64,000 bases of DNA from Parcubacteria group bacterium LiPW_30. GTDB lineage: Bacteria > Patescibacteriota > Minisyncoccia > Phycocordibacterales > VMEP01. Under the pieces are notes generated by a model. The model had not been told where the DNA came from. It saw only the letters and a list, made by a program, of their open reading frames with translations, and searched no databases. Both the position numbers and the translations under genes were made by a program. The stretch lies in NCBI GenBank assembly GCA_007375595.1, contig VMEP01000001.1, positions 340,694 to 404,693 of the forward strand, written 5' to 3'. Below are positions 9,452-19,378 of the stretch, piece by piece (within the stretch, counting starts at the first letter, position 1; the number at the start of each line of letters is the position of its first letter).

Positions 9452-10924
9452 ATGTATACAAAAAGTTTCAAACCTAAAGAAGGGGGTGTTAAAAAACCTT
9501 TTTCTAAAACAAGATCATCGTCTTTTAAAAAAGAAGGTTCTTATTCGTCACGACCTACATCTTCATCTAGAAGCACTAGTTCCTCATCTTCACCAAGACC
9601 AACGTCTTCGTTTAGAAGTGGTAGCTACTCTTCGGCATCAAAGCCAACTTCCTCGTTTAGAGGTGGTAGTTCTTCGTATTCATCTCGACCAGCGTCTTCT
9701 AGAAGCGGTAGTTACTCATCACGACCTAGTTCAAGCGGAAGTAGAGGGTATGGCCGTAGCGGTAGTTCTCGTAGTCAATCTCGCGGAAGTGGGATGCGTG
9801 GCGAAAGAATAGATTTTTCTAGATTTATCAATAAAGCAGTTGAAGTTTCAGAAAAAATTGAACACTTCAAACCAGAACATCAGTTTAAGGATTTTAATAT
9901 TGAACAGGAGTTAAAGGATGCCATTATTAAAAAGGGCTACACCTTACCAACCCCGATTCAAGATAGAGCAATCCCGCACATAATTGATGGTTCAGATATC
10001 GTTGGTATTGCAAACACGGGAACAGGAAAGACGGCGGCATTTTTGATTCCGCTTATAAATAAGGTCCGTATTGATCCAAAGAATAATGTTTTAATTGTTG
10101 TTCCAACTCGCGAGCTTGCAATTCAGATTGACGAAGAATTAAAAGAATTTACTCGTGGAATTAAGACTGGCACAAGAATCTTTTCTGTGTGTTGTGTTGG
10201 AGGTGCAAGTATTGGAAAGCAGATTTCAGAATTGCGCTACAAAAATAATTTTATTATTGGTACTCCAGGACGCCTTAAAGATTTGATAGAGCGCGCAAAA
10301 ATTAAACTTTCAGATTTTAGCACTATTGTCTTAGACGAGGCAGACAGAATGCTTGATATGGGATTCATTAATGATATGCGTTTTGTTATGGCAGGAATGC
10401 CAAAGGATCATCACACTTTGTTTTTCTCAGCGACAATTTCACCAGAGATTGAAAAGCTTATTAAAGAATTTTTACGTGAACCAGTGCGTATTTCTGTTAA
10501 GACGGGAGACACTTCAAAAAATGTTGACCAAGACGTTATTAGGGTTAGTGTTGCCAATAAAATTGAAACTCTCCACGACCTTTTAAACCAGAAGGAATTC
10601 GTAAAAGTTCTAATTTTCGGGCGAACAAAACACGGAGTGGAGAAGTTATCAAATATACTCGTAGAGCGTGGTTTTAAGGCTGAATCAATCCATGGCGATA
10701 AAAACCATGTCCGTCGTCAGCGTTCTTTGGGAATGTTTAAAGATAACCGCGTACAAGTGCTCGTCGCAACGGACGTAGCGGCACGTGGTCTTGATATTCC
10801 AGATGTGTCTCATGTCATCAATTATGATATTCCAGCTACCTACGAAGATTACGTTCATCGTATCGGTAGAACTGGACGAGGAGACAAGAAAGGGAAAGCA
10901 TTAACATTTATTGAACACAAATAA
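9452..10924 (+). CDS. DEAD-box ATP-dependent RNA helicase with an N-terminal Ser/Arg-rich low-complexity extension
   Basis: Q-motif region, Walker A GTGKT, DEAD (VLDEADRM), SAT, HRIGRTGR; first ~110 aa are S/R/G/P/T repeats. Confidence 0.85.
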   Translation: MYTKSFKPKEGGVKKPFSKTRSSSFKKEGSYSSRPTSSSRSTSSSSSPRPTSSFRSGSYSSASKPTSSFRGGSSSYSSRPASSRSGSYSSRPSSSGSRGYGRSGSSRSQSRGSGMRGERIDFSRFINKAVEVSEKIEHFKPEHQFKDFNIEQELKDAIIKKGYTLPTPIQDRAIPHIIDGSDIVGIANTGTGKTAAFLIPLINKVRIDPKNNVLIVVPTRELAIQIDEELKEFTRGIKTGTRIFSVCCVGGASIGKQISELRYKNNFIIGTPGRLKDLIERAKIKLSDFSTIVLDEADRMLDMGFINDMRFVMAGMPKDHHTLFFSATISPEIEKLIKEFLREPVRISVKTGDTSKNVDQDVIRVSVANKIETLHDLLNQKEFVKVLIFGRTKHGVEKLSNILVERGFKAESIHGDKNHVRRQRSLGMFKDNRVQVLVATDVAARGLDIPDVSHVINYDIPATYEDYVHRIGRTGRGDKKGKALTFIEHK

Positions 10925-10925
10925 T

Positions 10926-11099
10926 ATGAAACCAAATCTTACAACTTCAACAAGGACATTCCAGAAAAATGGAAAGTGGGTGGAGAAAAAACATGTAACA
11001 GAGGTGCTCGTATGTGCTTGTGGTTATAAATACATCAAGACCCGAGAGGGGCAAACAACCTGCCTTAAGTGTATGCATGTTGCAAAAAATACCAGATAA
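10926..11099 (+). CDS. possible small zinc-ribbon protein
   Basis: CACG...CLKC Cys pairs; no clear SD; overlaps the helicase 3' end if the longer start is used. Confidence 0.2.
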   Translation: MKPNLTTSTRTFQKNGKWVEKKHVTEVLVCACGYKYIKTREGQTTCLKCMHVAKNTR

Positions 11100-11239
11100 A
11101 TAAATCTTAAAAATAAAAAAACGATTTCCAAAAGGAGTCGTTTTTTTTATTTTTAAACTTATCCCTCGGCAAAACGATTATAAAAGGGCATAATCTAAGT
11201 GGTTTCTAGTATTCAATATAAATAATTTAAAATATTTTT

Positions 11240-11767
11240 ATGACGTTACATTTTGTTGAACAGTCGCCGGTTTCCCATTTTTTGTTTTCAGACACCAAGA
11301 GCGCGGCGTTATGGTTGTTGGTGCGCCTTTATTTAGGGTGGGGATGGTTCACGGCTGGTATTGATAAGATGCAAGATTCGGCGTGGTTTGGTTACAACGC
11401 CGGCGCAAAGTTAACAGGATTTTTGCAGGGGGCTCTTTCTAAAACTTCCGGCGCTCACCCTGATGTGCAGATGTGGTACGCATCTTTTTTGAATAATTTA
11501 GTAATGCCAAATGTAATGTGGTGGTCAAACGCCGTTGCGGTTGGTGAGGTTTTAGTTGGGCTTGGTTTAATGGTCGGTTGTATTGTTGGGGTTACTGCAT
11601 TCTTTGGCGCTTTGATGAATCTAAACTTCTTGCTTGCCGGAACGGTTAGTATTAACCCAGAATTTCTTATCTTAGGAATCTTTTTGATTCTTGCCCGTCG
11701 CGTTGCTGGATACTATGGAGTTGATTACTTTATTTCTCCTTATTTAAGAAAATTACGTAAGAGTTAA
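11240..11767 (+). CDS. DoxX-family-like integral membrane protein
   Basis: four predicted TM helices; LWLLVRLYLGWGWFTAGIDKM resembles the DoxX N-terminus. Confidence 0.45.
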   Translation: MTLHFVEQSPVSHFLFSDTKSAALWLLVRLYLGWGWFTAGIDKMQDSAWFGYNAGAKLTGFLQGALSKTSGAHPDVQMWYASFLNNLVMPNVMWWSNAVAVGEVLVGLGLMVGCIVGVTAFFGALMNLNFLLAGTVSINPEFLILGIFLILARRVAGYYGVDYFISPYLRKLRKS

Positions 11768-11772
11768 ATTAA

Positions 11773-11806
11773 AAACAAAATCCCGCAAAAGCGGGATTTT
11801 GTTTTT
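11773..11806. terminator. bidirectional terminator
   Basis: aaaacaaaatcccgcaaaagcgggattttgtttt, perfect palindrome between convergent genes. Confidence 0.6.
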
Positions 11807-11811
11807 AAAGA

Positions 11812-13794
11812 CTACCAAATTTTCACACGGTCTTTTGGTTCTCGGTATAACTTATCTCCTTTTTTCACGTTAAACGCTTCGTAGAATTCAGAAAGATTTG
11901 AAGCTGGGCCATTAACTCTAAATATTGACGGTGAGTGCGGATCGTTAATTGCTAACATTTTTTCAAATTCTGGCCTGGAATTTTCTCTTTCAAACAGAGT
12001 AACCCCAAGGAAAAATCTTTGTTCTGGGGTAAAACCATCAATATTTTTTCGTTCTGTTTTTTTGAGATGCAATTGATAAGCATCAAGGGCAATCGCAAAG
12101 CCCGCTAAATCGGCGATATTTTCGCCAGCAGTTAACCTCCCGTTTACAGAAACTCCGTCAGCAACCTTATACTTACTAAACTGCTCTATTAGTGGTTTTG
12201 TTTTTTTCTTTAGATTTTCATGGTCAGATTTTGTCCACCAGTTTTTAAGATTTCCTTTTGTGTCAAACTTAGATCCTTGGTCATCAAAACCATGGGTGAT
12301 TTCATGACCAATAACCATGCCCATTGATCCGTAATTTACTGCATCATCGGCCTCTTTGTTAAAAAATGGTGGTTGGAGGATTGCCGCAGGGAACACGATT
12401 TCATTCATAGTTAGACTACAATATGCATTTACGGTTTGTGGACTCATGTGCCACTCTTTTCTATCTACTGGTTTTTTTATTTTTTTAACCATACGATGAT
12501 GCTCAAAAGTAGAAATACGAATTACATTTCCAAGATAATCACCCTCATCTATACGTAAGCCGTGATAAGATTTCCATTTGTCTGGATAGCCAATTTTTCT
12601 GTTCATAGCGTGTAATTTTTTTAACGCCATTTTTTTTGTTTTTGGTCCCATCCAATCAAGTTTTTTTATTCTTTGTTCGTATGCGATAAATAAATCGTCC
12701 ACCATAGAACTCGCTTTCCTCTTTGTTTCGCCGTCAAAATATTTTTTAACATATATTTTCCCCATCAATTCACCAAGACTCCCATTTACAACAGAAAGAA
12801 CTTGTCGCCATAAGGGTTTCATTTCTTTTGTGCCCAAAATTACTTTTCCGTAAAAATTGAAATTTTCTTTCAAGAAGGACTCAGAAAGGAAGCCAGATGC
12901 AGCCGTTACTAAATGCCATTTAAGATACATTTGCCAATCATAAATTGGAACTTTTTTAATTTCCTGATTTACTTTTGTGAAAAACTTAGGCTGACAGACT
13001 ACAAGAGTGTTTGGTGTGTCTATTCCGATAATTTTAAAGTACTTTACCCAGTTTATTTCCGGAGAAAGGTTTTTAAGTTGAGCTAAACTTTTTTTGTTGT
13101 AAATTTTTTCAACATCATGAATATCTTCTTTACTCATTGACGCTTCGGCGAGGCTATATTCAATTTTGTAAACCTTTTTCGTTAGTTCGTTTATTTCTGT
13201 TTTTTTAACACCAAAAAGCGCGAACATTGTTTTCATGTGTAGATGATAGGCATTTCTTACACGTTTAGATTCTTTGTCGTCTTTAAGGTAGTAGTCTTTG
13301 TCTGGCATACCAAGGCCACCTTGCCCAAGATAGACGGTATTTTTGTCTCCGTTTTTCAAATCTTGGTCAACGTCACACCACCACAGTAGACTTAATCCGA
13401 TTTTATGAAATTCTGCGACACAAATAAGAAGGTCATCTATTGTTTTAATAGCATCAACCTTTTTTAAATAGTTCTCAATTGGCTTCAATCCAAGACGGTT
13501 GCGTTCTTTTAGATTCATCCCCGAGCGGTAAAAATCTCTAATCATCTGCTCGGGGCTACCGACAGGAATCCTCTTTTGCTTATCAAGTTCTTTGAGTATG
13601 AGTTTCAGTCTTTTTTCTGTTTCGTAACGCAAAATGGTAAAAGAACCCCACCGAGATTCCGTTTTTGGAATTGGGTTTTTCTTGAGCCAGTTACCCCCTG
13701 CGTAATGATAAAAATCGTCTTGCGGGCGCACATTCTTATCCATGTCTTTTGGGTCAAATCCCCACGATTTTTTCTTCATGCGAGAATAGTACAT
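11812..13794 (-). CDS. pepO: M13-family zinc metallopeptidase (neprilysin/PepO-like)
   Basis: HEXXH as VIGHEITHGFDD; GENIADLAG motif; length about 660 aa. Confidence 0.85.
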   Translation of the reverse strand: MYYSRMKKKSWGFDPKDMDKNVRPQDDFYHYAGGNWLKKNPIPKTESRWGSFTILRYETEKRLKLILKELDKQKRIPVGSPEQMIRDFYRSGMNLKERNRLGLKPIENYLKKVDAIKTIDDLLICVAEFHKIGLSLLWWCDVDQDLKNGDKNTVYLGQGGLGMPDKDYYLKDDKESKRVRNAYHLHMKTMFALFGVKKTEINELTKKVYKIEYSLAEASMSKEDIHDVEKIYNKKSLAQLKNLSPEINWVKYFKIIGIDTPNTLVVCQPKFFTKVNQEIKKVPIYDWQMYLKWHLVTAASGFLSESFLKENFNFYGKVILGTKEMKPLWRQVLSVVNGSLGELMGKIYVKKYFDGETKRKASSMVDDLFIAYEQRIKKLDWMGPKTKKMALKKLHAMNRKIGYPDKWKSYHGLRIDEGDYLGNVIRISTFEHHRMVKKIKKPVDRKEWHMSPQTVNAYCSLTMNEIVFPAAILQPPFFNKEADDAVNYGSMGMVIGHEITHGFDDQGSKFDTKGNLKNWWTKSDHENLKKKTKPLIEQFSKYKVADGVSVNGRLTAGENIADLAGFAIALDAYQLHLKKTERKNIDGFTPEQRFFLGVTLFERENSRPEFEKMLAINDPHSPSIFRVNGPASNLSEFYEAFNVKKGDKLYREPKDRVKIW

Positions 13795-13858
13795 GAATTT
13801 TTTGTCTCATGCTATATTTTCCCTTATATATAAGGTTGTACGGAAACCCCCATTTTTA

Positions 13859-14713
13859 ATGAAAACTAAATCTAAAAATTCAAAAAAAAGCGTTTATCTT
13901 TTTTATAAGGAAGAAAACACACGGGCCGTTAAATGTTCTAAAAAAATTAAAGAATGGCTTCTTGGTAAAAATATACCGATAGTTGACGAGATACTTAAGG
14001 CTGATGCAGTTATTGTTTTAGGTGGTGATGGAACAATTTTGGAAGCTGCTCGGGCGCCAAAAGCCAAGAATGCAATCATTGTTGGTCTTAATCTTGGTAA
14101 CGTTGGTTTCTTGGCGTCGGTTCGTGAAGAAAGTAATTTTTTGAAAGCGTTAGAAAAGTTTTTTAAGGGGGAATATAAACCAGTTAAAAGGACGATGCTT
14201 TTAACAGAGGTGACGCGCCAAGGGAAAAAAGTTTTTTCGGCAACCGCATTGAACGAAGTTTTGGTAAGTAATTTACTAGGGGTGGTGGAGCTTGAAGTTT
14301 CTATTGGCGGTTATGGAATACAGTCTGTGAGGGGAAGTGGTGTTTTAGTTTCAAGCGCAACTGGTTCTACTGCTTATAATCTTTCAGCCCACGGCCCGAT
14401 TGTTTCTCCCGATATACAGTGTCTTGTAATCACGGAATTACTTGACCACGGGTTACCAACACCAAGTATTGTTATAAAACCAGAACACAAAGTAAAAGTG
14501 GTGATTGGCAATTTTAGGGAGCACCGTCTTTTGGCGAGTGTTGATGGCAGGGAGTCTATTGATGTTTTACTTCAAGCTGATGGCGACACAACTTTTCCCT
14601 TGAAAAAGAACGACGTTGTCTCAATTTCCGGATCGCCGTATTTGGTTACTTTTGCCGAGCTTGAAGATAGCTATTTTTTCAAGAGTTTAAGAGAAAAATT
14701 CTCTTTTCGATAG
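13859..14713 (+). CDS. ppnK: NAD(+) kinase
   Basis: GGDGT as VLGGDGTILEAA; NLGNVGFL motif; start moved to MKTKSK to avoid overlap with pepO. Confidence 0.8.
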   Translation: MKTKSKNSKKSVYLFYKEENTRAVKCSKKIKEWLLGKNIPIVDEILKADAVIVLGGDGTILEAARAPKAKNAIIVGLNLGNVGFLASVREESNFLKALEKFFKGEYKPVKRTMLLTEVTRQGKKVFSATALNEVLVSNLLGVVELEVSIGGYGIQSVRGSGVLVSSATGSTAYNLSAHGPIVSPDIQCLVITELLDHGLPTPSIVIKPEHKVKVVIGNFREHRLLASVDGRESIDVLLQADGDTTFPLKKNDVVSISGSPYLVTFAELEDSYFFKSLREKFSFR

Positions 14714-14742
14714 TGGTATAATAAGGTTTCTGTAGCTTAAAA

Positions 14743-15954
14743 ATGAAAAAAAGATTTTTATATTTAATAGTTGCTAGTATTTTGTTTTTCATTGTTTTAA
14801 TACCGGTTCCTAGCTATGGGGCAACAGGAACAACACTAACTAAATCTACTAAACCGCTTAAAAGCACCCTTGAGGTTTCTGGATGGATTCCTTATTGGAG
14901 AAAAGCGACTGGTACTGCTGATGCTTTAGTGCACATCGATTCTTTTACTGAGATAAATCCTTTTGGATACACAATGAAAAATGATGGTACTTTAAACGAC
15001 ACAGCAAAGATGGACGAAGAACCTTGGCTTACTTTAAGAGCGGAAGCGAAAAAGAAAAAAATCCGTTTTATTCCAACAGTTATGTCGAGCAATTCCGAGA
15101 TGTTGCATCGCATTCTTTCAAATCAAAAAACACGAATTGCTCTTGAGGACGAAATCGCCAAGTTGGTTAAAGAAAAAGGATTTGATGGTATAGATATAGA
15201 TTTTGAAGGGAAGAAGGCAGAAACAAAACCATATTTCGCGACTTTTTTGAAAGGGCTCTATATGCGTATGGGCAATAAATGGGTGATGTGCACTATTGAA
15301 GCGCGTACTCCGCTTGATTCACGATACGATAATATTCCCAAAGACATCCGCTATGCCAATGACTTCGTTGCGATAAATAAATATTGCGACCGAGTTAGGT
15401 TTATGACTTATGACCAAGGAACAATTGATATTGTTTTAAATCGCGCTCGTACCGCTCCTTATATACCAGTTGCTGATCCAGCTTGGGTAGAGAAATCAAT
15501 AAAGCTTGCAATGAAAGATATTTCTAAAAAGAAAATATCAATAGGTATCGCTACTTATGGTTATGAATATAAAGTGACAAAGTTGTCAGAATACGGATAT
15601 CGTTACGATTTACAATGGGCATTTAATCAAAAATATGCAATTGATCTTGCTGCTTCTCTCGGCATAACACCGAAACGTAATTCTTCCGGAGAAATCGGCT
15701 TTATTTATACACCGGTAGAAACGGTTCCACCTGTACAACCAAGTAACAACCCAGATCAGAACATCCCAACTTCAACGGTGGCTCAAAATCAACCTAGTAG
15801 TTTAGTTAAAGAATCGGTGAATATTGTTTGGTGGAGTGACGCCGAAGCGATTAAGACTAAAATTGATTTAGCAAAGAAACTCGGAGTGCGTGGTATTTCA
15901 ATATTTAAAATAGACGGCGGGGAAGATCCTTTAATGTGGGATTATCTCAAATAA
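14743..15954 (+). CDS. secreted glycoside hydrolase family 18 (chitinase-like) protein
   Basis: signal peptide; GH18 DxxDxDxE catalytic motif FDGIDIDFEG; YaaH/YdhD-like C-terminus. Confidence 0.75.
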   Translation: MKKRFLYLIVASILFFIVLIPVPSYGATGTTLTKSTKPLKSTLEVSGWIPYWRKATGTADALVHIDSFTEINPFGYTMKNDGTLNDTAKMDEEPWLTLRAEAKKKKIRFIPTVMSSNSEMLHRILSNQKTRIALEDEIAKLVKEKGFDGIDIDFEGKKAETKPYFATFLKGLYMRMGNKWVMCTIEARTPLDSRYDNIPKDIRYANDFVAINKYCDRVRFMTYDQGTIDIVLNRARTAPYIPVADPAWVEKSIKLAMKDISKKKISIGIATYGYEYKVTKLSEYGYRYDLQWAFNQKYAIDLAASLGITPKRNSSGEIGFIYTPVETVPPVQPSNNPDQNIPTSTVAQNQPSSLVKESVNIVWWSDAEAIKTKIDLAKKLGVRGISIFKIDGGEDPLMWDYLK

Positions 15955-16070
15955 ACTTTTGTCGCAGTGGAAAAGTAATTCGCAAAAATAAGTTGAGGGG
16001 TATACTATTAATAGTGTTAGGCGGCTACAGTCGTGTGGCGCTTTAATCGTTATACATTTGTTTAAAAATT

Positions 16071-16565
16071 ATGGAACCAAAAAATAATTATAGAAATTTA
16101 ATAATAGGAGCAGTTGTTTTGGCGGTAGTGGGTTATTACTTTTTTCAAAGTAGAGATGTTGTAGCCCCAGTGCAAGATGAATCAGTTTCTGGTATTTCAA
16201 CTAGTACTAATGGTACAACAGCAAAAACGCAGGCAACAAAGACTACCGCAAGTACACCAAAAAGTGGAACTGCTTTGCCAACGATGACTAAGGAGGGATA
16301 TTACCTAGTCAGTTATACAGATAAAGGGTTTGTTCCTAAGACACTTGAGATTAGCGCAGGTAAGTCAGTTAGGTTTGTTAACAATGCAAGCAAGGCAATG
16401 AGAATTTTTGCTGACGACAAGACGAGCTCTCTTTATAACGAAATGAATCAAAGCAAAACCGTCGGACGCGGTGGAATTTATGATTTCACGTTCGTTTCTG
16501 CTGGGACATGGGCCTATCACAATGAAAACAATACGGCTGATAAGGGGGTAGTTGTGGTTAAGTAG
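16071..16565 (+). CDS. membrane-anchored protein with a Thr/Ser-rich linker and a beta-rich (cupredoxin-like?) C-terminal domain
   Basis: N-terminal TM, T/S-rich spacer, beta-strand pattern KSVRFVNNASKAMRIF...; no Cu-ligand Cys. Confidence 0.35.
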   Translation: MEPKNNYRNLIIGAVVLAVVGYYFFQSRDVVAPVQDESVSGISTSTNGTTAKTQATKTTASTPKSGTALPTMTKEGYYLVSYTDKGFVPKTLEISAGKSVRFVNNASKAMRIFADDKTSSLYNEMNQSKTVGRGGIYDFTFVSAGTWAYHNENNTADKGVVVVK

Positions 16566-16586
16566 TTTTTGAAGACATAAATAGCT

Positions 16587-17075
16587 ATGGAAAAAATTTG
16601 GAAATATTTACCAAGAATATTATCGACGCTACTTTTAGTTGGGACGATTTTTGCTTGGACTACGGTTTATTCTGATTTTCAGAAATTCTATGGATTTGAG
16701 GGGACTGTCTTTAAGGTGACAGACTGTGTGATACCAAATCCAGTCACGACACCATGTTTTTATGGAGCATTTGCTTTTTTGGGCGCATTTATTTGGTCTT
16801 TGTATTTGAATAAGATGAGCGAAGAACAAAAAAGAAAGCAAGAACACTTTATGGCGTGGTTTCTCTCCGGGGCAACAGTTTTTGCTTGGAGTAACTTCCT
16901 CCCAGATTTAATTGCGTTTTATTCAAGCGCTGGACTCCCTGTGCGCGGATGTTCAGGGCAATTAATAACGAGCCCATTTACAACCCCGTGTTTTGTCGGG
17001 TCAGTTATTTTTTTGATTTCTCTAATTGTTGGTCTTTTGATTTACCTTAGAAATAAAGAAACGACACTTAGTTAA
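16587..17075 (+). CDS. integral membrane protein with an internal duplication
   Basis: two repeated halves each with ...TTPCF(Y/V)G... before a TM helix. Confidence 0.45.
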   Translation: MEKIWKYLPRILSTLLLVGTIFAWTTVYSDFQKFYGFEGTVFKVTDCVIPNPVTTPCFYGAFAFLGAFIWSLYLNKMSEEQKRKQEHFMAWFLSGATVFAWSNFLPDLIAFYSSAGLPVRGCSGQLITSPFTTPCFVGSVIFLISLIVGLLIYLRNKETTLS

Positions 17076-17122
17076 GTTTTTAAAAATATTTTCTTAATTA
17101 TTTTAATTGAGCCTGTTTTTTC

Positions 17123-17950
17123 GTGCGTTCAGATATCTCCTCTGCTACAATGTCGCGCATGGAAAGCGAACTTATTTCTTTTTCAAACCACAAAAAAGAA
17201 ACTCTCCGTGGAATTTTCAAACGAGCCCCAGGGAGTACGGGGGTAATTTTTGCCCACGGTTTTGGTAGGACCTCCATGGAGCCAAAGTTCAAAAATATTG
17301 CCAACAAATTGGAAGGCAAGGAGAATCTTTTCTTTTTTGATTTTTCTGGATGTGGGCTATCTGAGGGGTCTTTTGAAGATATTACCGCAGATAAGCTCGC
17401 CAAGGAGCTTTCATGCGCCGTTTCTGCGTTTCGCGATAGGGTCCCAAGACTAAAAAGTATCCGGTTGGTTTCTCATAGTTTTGCTTGTGCTGCAACAATT
17501 ATTTTATGCGCACGAGAAAAAGATGTTTTTGACAAAATTGTATTTTTGGGACCAGCCCTTAACATGAGTGAGATTTTAAAATATTCCTTTGTAAGACGAC
17601 GTAATCCCGGCGGGAAAATTAACTGGTCAAACTATAAAAAACATTTTGATTTGCGGGCATATCAACGCGAAATGAAGAAAGATAAGCAAATGACTTATTC
17701 TCATTTTATTTCTAATCTTCACTATCTTGAAAATAAAGATAGAGATTACCGAGAATTAATGGGAATAATTCCAAAAGAAAAACTACTTATTGTTCAGGGT
17801 GATAGCGACAGGTCAATCCCACTTGAAAGTCAGGGCGCTTATTTAAAGAATTTTAAAACGATATTAGTTAAAGGAGGGGATCATGATCTTGAAAGACCTG
17901 ATGTGGTTGCAAAATACTTACCGCAAATAGTTTCTTTCCTGTCTTCTTAA
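17123..17950 (+). CDS. alpha/beta-hydrolase fold protein
   Basis: GVIFAHGFG oxyanion region; nucleophile-elbow-like LVSHSFACAA; Asp/His later. Confidence 0.55.
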   Translation: MRSDISSATMSRMESELISFSNHKKETLRGIFKRAPGSTGVIFAHGFGRTSMEPKFKNIANKLEGKENLFFFDFSGCGLSEGSFEDITADKLAKELSCAVSAFRDRVPRLKSIRLVSHSFACAATIILCAREKDVFDKIVFLGPALNMSEILKYSFVRRRNPGGKINWSNYKKHFDLRAYQREMKKDKQMTYSHFISNLHYLENKDRDYRELMGIIPKEKLLIVQGDSDRSIPLESQGAYLKNFKTILVKGGDHDLERPDVVAKYLPQIVSFLSS

Positions 17951-18004
17951 TGTATAAAAACGGCGGAGCGCGAAATGTTGACAAATACTGCGTTTAGGTG
18001 TATA

Positions 18005-18120
18005 GTACTAGAGAGGTTCTTTGAATTATAACTTGCGTTTGCCACAGCAGAAAGTGGCTTAATATATAGGCCTTTTTCTGCTATGGCAAACCTTCGCACG
18101 AAGGAGCCCTCTAGTACACA
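18005..18120 (+). promoter_or_regulatory. long imperfect hairpin (~115 nt) immediately upstream of the RBS of the 18133 gene
   Basis: gtactagagagg...ccctctagtac outer stem; gtttgccacagcagaaag...ctttttctgctatggcaaac inner stem. Confidence 0.35.
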
Positions 18121-18132
18121 AGGAGAAAGACA

Positions 18133-18771
18133 ATGGGACAAATCACCATCGACCAATCCCATCAGGTTCTTGCCACTCTGGCTGTGAATACTGACTGGAC
18201 AACGATTGACTTCACGAACTCGGGGCTTCAGGATTTCATCGTTCGCAACCCGAAGGAAGCTGGCAGACAGTTCACGGCGTTCCTCAAGAACGGCGGGAAG
18301 GTCCTCGTCGGCGAACCGAAGGTCATCACCATCAAACGTGGTCGCTTCAATCCAACCGAGTTCATCGGACAGGGCTGGAGCATCATTACGGACGAGACGG
18401 ACACTCGTTCCACGGCGCTCACCGAACTGGACCTCACCAAGATTCAGCAGGTGACGATGCTCAAGAGCGGCGAGACGTACGTGAAGGGCGAGGAGAAGCT
18501 CAGGCGTCTGAAGAAGTCGGGCAACATCCGACTGGACGCCGACGTCTTCCACACGCTGTGGGAGAACCAGCATCTCATCCCCGAGTCGTGGAAGGAGAAG
18601 GTGAACGGGAACACTCGGTTCATCTACTTTGACGGCACGGTCCTTCGGGACTCGGACGGTAGCCGTTACGTTCTGTACCTGTATTGGAGTGACGGTGCGT
18701 GGAACTGGTACGTGGGTTGGCTCGGCAACGACTGGTACGATCACAACCCGTCTGCCGTTCTCGCAAGTTAG
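18133..18771 (+). CDS. hypothetical protein (GC-rich) with a Trp/Tyr-rich C-terminal module
   Basis: SD aaggagaaagaca; C-terminus RYVLYLYWSDGAWNWYVGWLGNDWYDHNPSAVLAS is duplicated at 19128-19253. Confidence 0.5.
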   Translation: MGQITIDQSHQVLATLAVNTDWTTIDFTNSGLQDFIVRNPKEAGRQFTAFLKNGGKVLVGEPKVITIKRGRFNPTEFIGQGWSIITDETDTRSTALTELDLTKIQQVTMLKSGETYVKGEEKLRRLKKSGNIRLDADVFHTLWENQHLIPESWKEKVNGNTRFIYFDGTVLRDSDGSRYVLYLYWSDGAWNWYVGWLGNDWYDHNPSAVLAS

Positions 18772-19111
18772 TACTCGGGCTTTGGTCATTGGCACTTTTT
18801 GGAGCCTTTGACCTTTGTCTTCGGACCCTGCATCTGCTTACACAGATGTGCAGGGTCTTTTCGTATATAAAAATATCTATATAATAATTTGTGGCAGTAG
18901 GTGGATATCAGTGCGTGTTTACGGATGCGTACCACCGAACCCAGTATCCTTATATCCAGAGTATTTGAGATTACGGTTTCAGATAGCGTGGTGTATGTCA
19001 GACACTTCAAAAAATGAAGCTACTTGGTATAGCGTATTAAGGCATTACAATGCCGAAGACAGTGGAACACCCACAGACAACCTTGAGAGTATTCGAGGGG
19101 TGGTGATATGG

Positions 19112-19330
19112 ATGATGTGCTATACAATCCTTCGGAACTCGGACGGTAACCGTTACGTTCTGTACCTGTATTGGAATGACGGTGCGTGGAACTGGAACGT
19201 GAATTGGCTCGACAACGACTGGAACGATAACAACCCGTCTGCCGTTCTCGCAACTCTCTTCATTTCTCTCCGGCTTTCGCTGGAGAGTTTTGTTTTGTGC
19301 GTCTTTAAATTTTTAATATTTGTGTTATAG
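19112..19330 (+). pseudogene. partial duplicate of the C-terminal module of the 18133 gene (fragment or small paralogue)
   Basis: about 125 bp near-identical to 18641-18768, encoding NRYVLYLYWNDGAWNWNVNWLDNDWNDNNPSAVLA; upstream part of the ORF-track reading frame looks non-coding. Confidence 0.3.
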
Positions 19331-19378
19331 TATTTTGGTCTTGAACTGGGCAGTCGCCACGTGAGATAATTGCGCAAT

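Noticed and set aside
9486-9812. 108-aa +1-frame ORF within the helicase N-terminal repeat region
   Set aside because: Alternative frame of the Ser/Arg-rich repeat DNA. Low-complexity translation. The DEAD-box frame is continuous with the conserved core.
18206-18454. Arg/Ser-rich 82-aa alternate-frame ORF inside the 18133 gene
   Set aside because: Out-of-frame artefact of GC-rich coding DNA.
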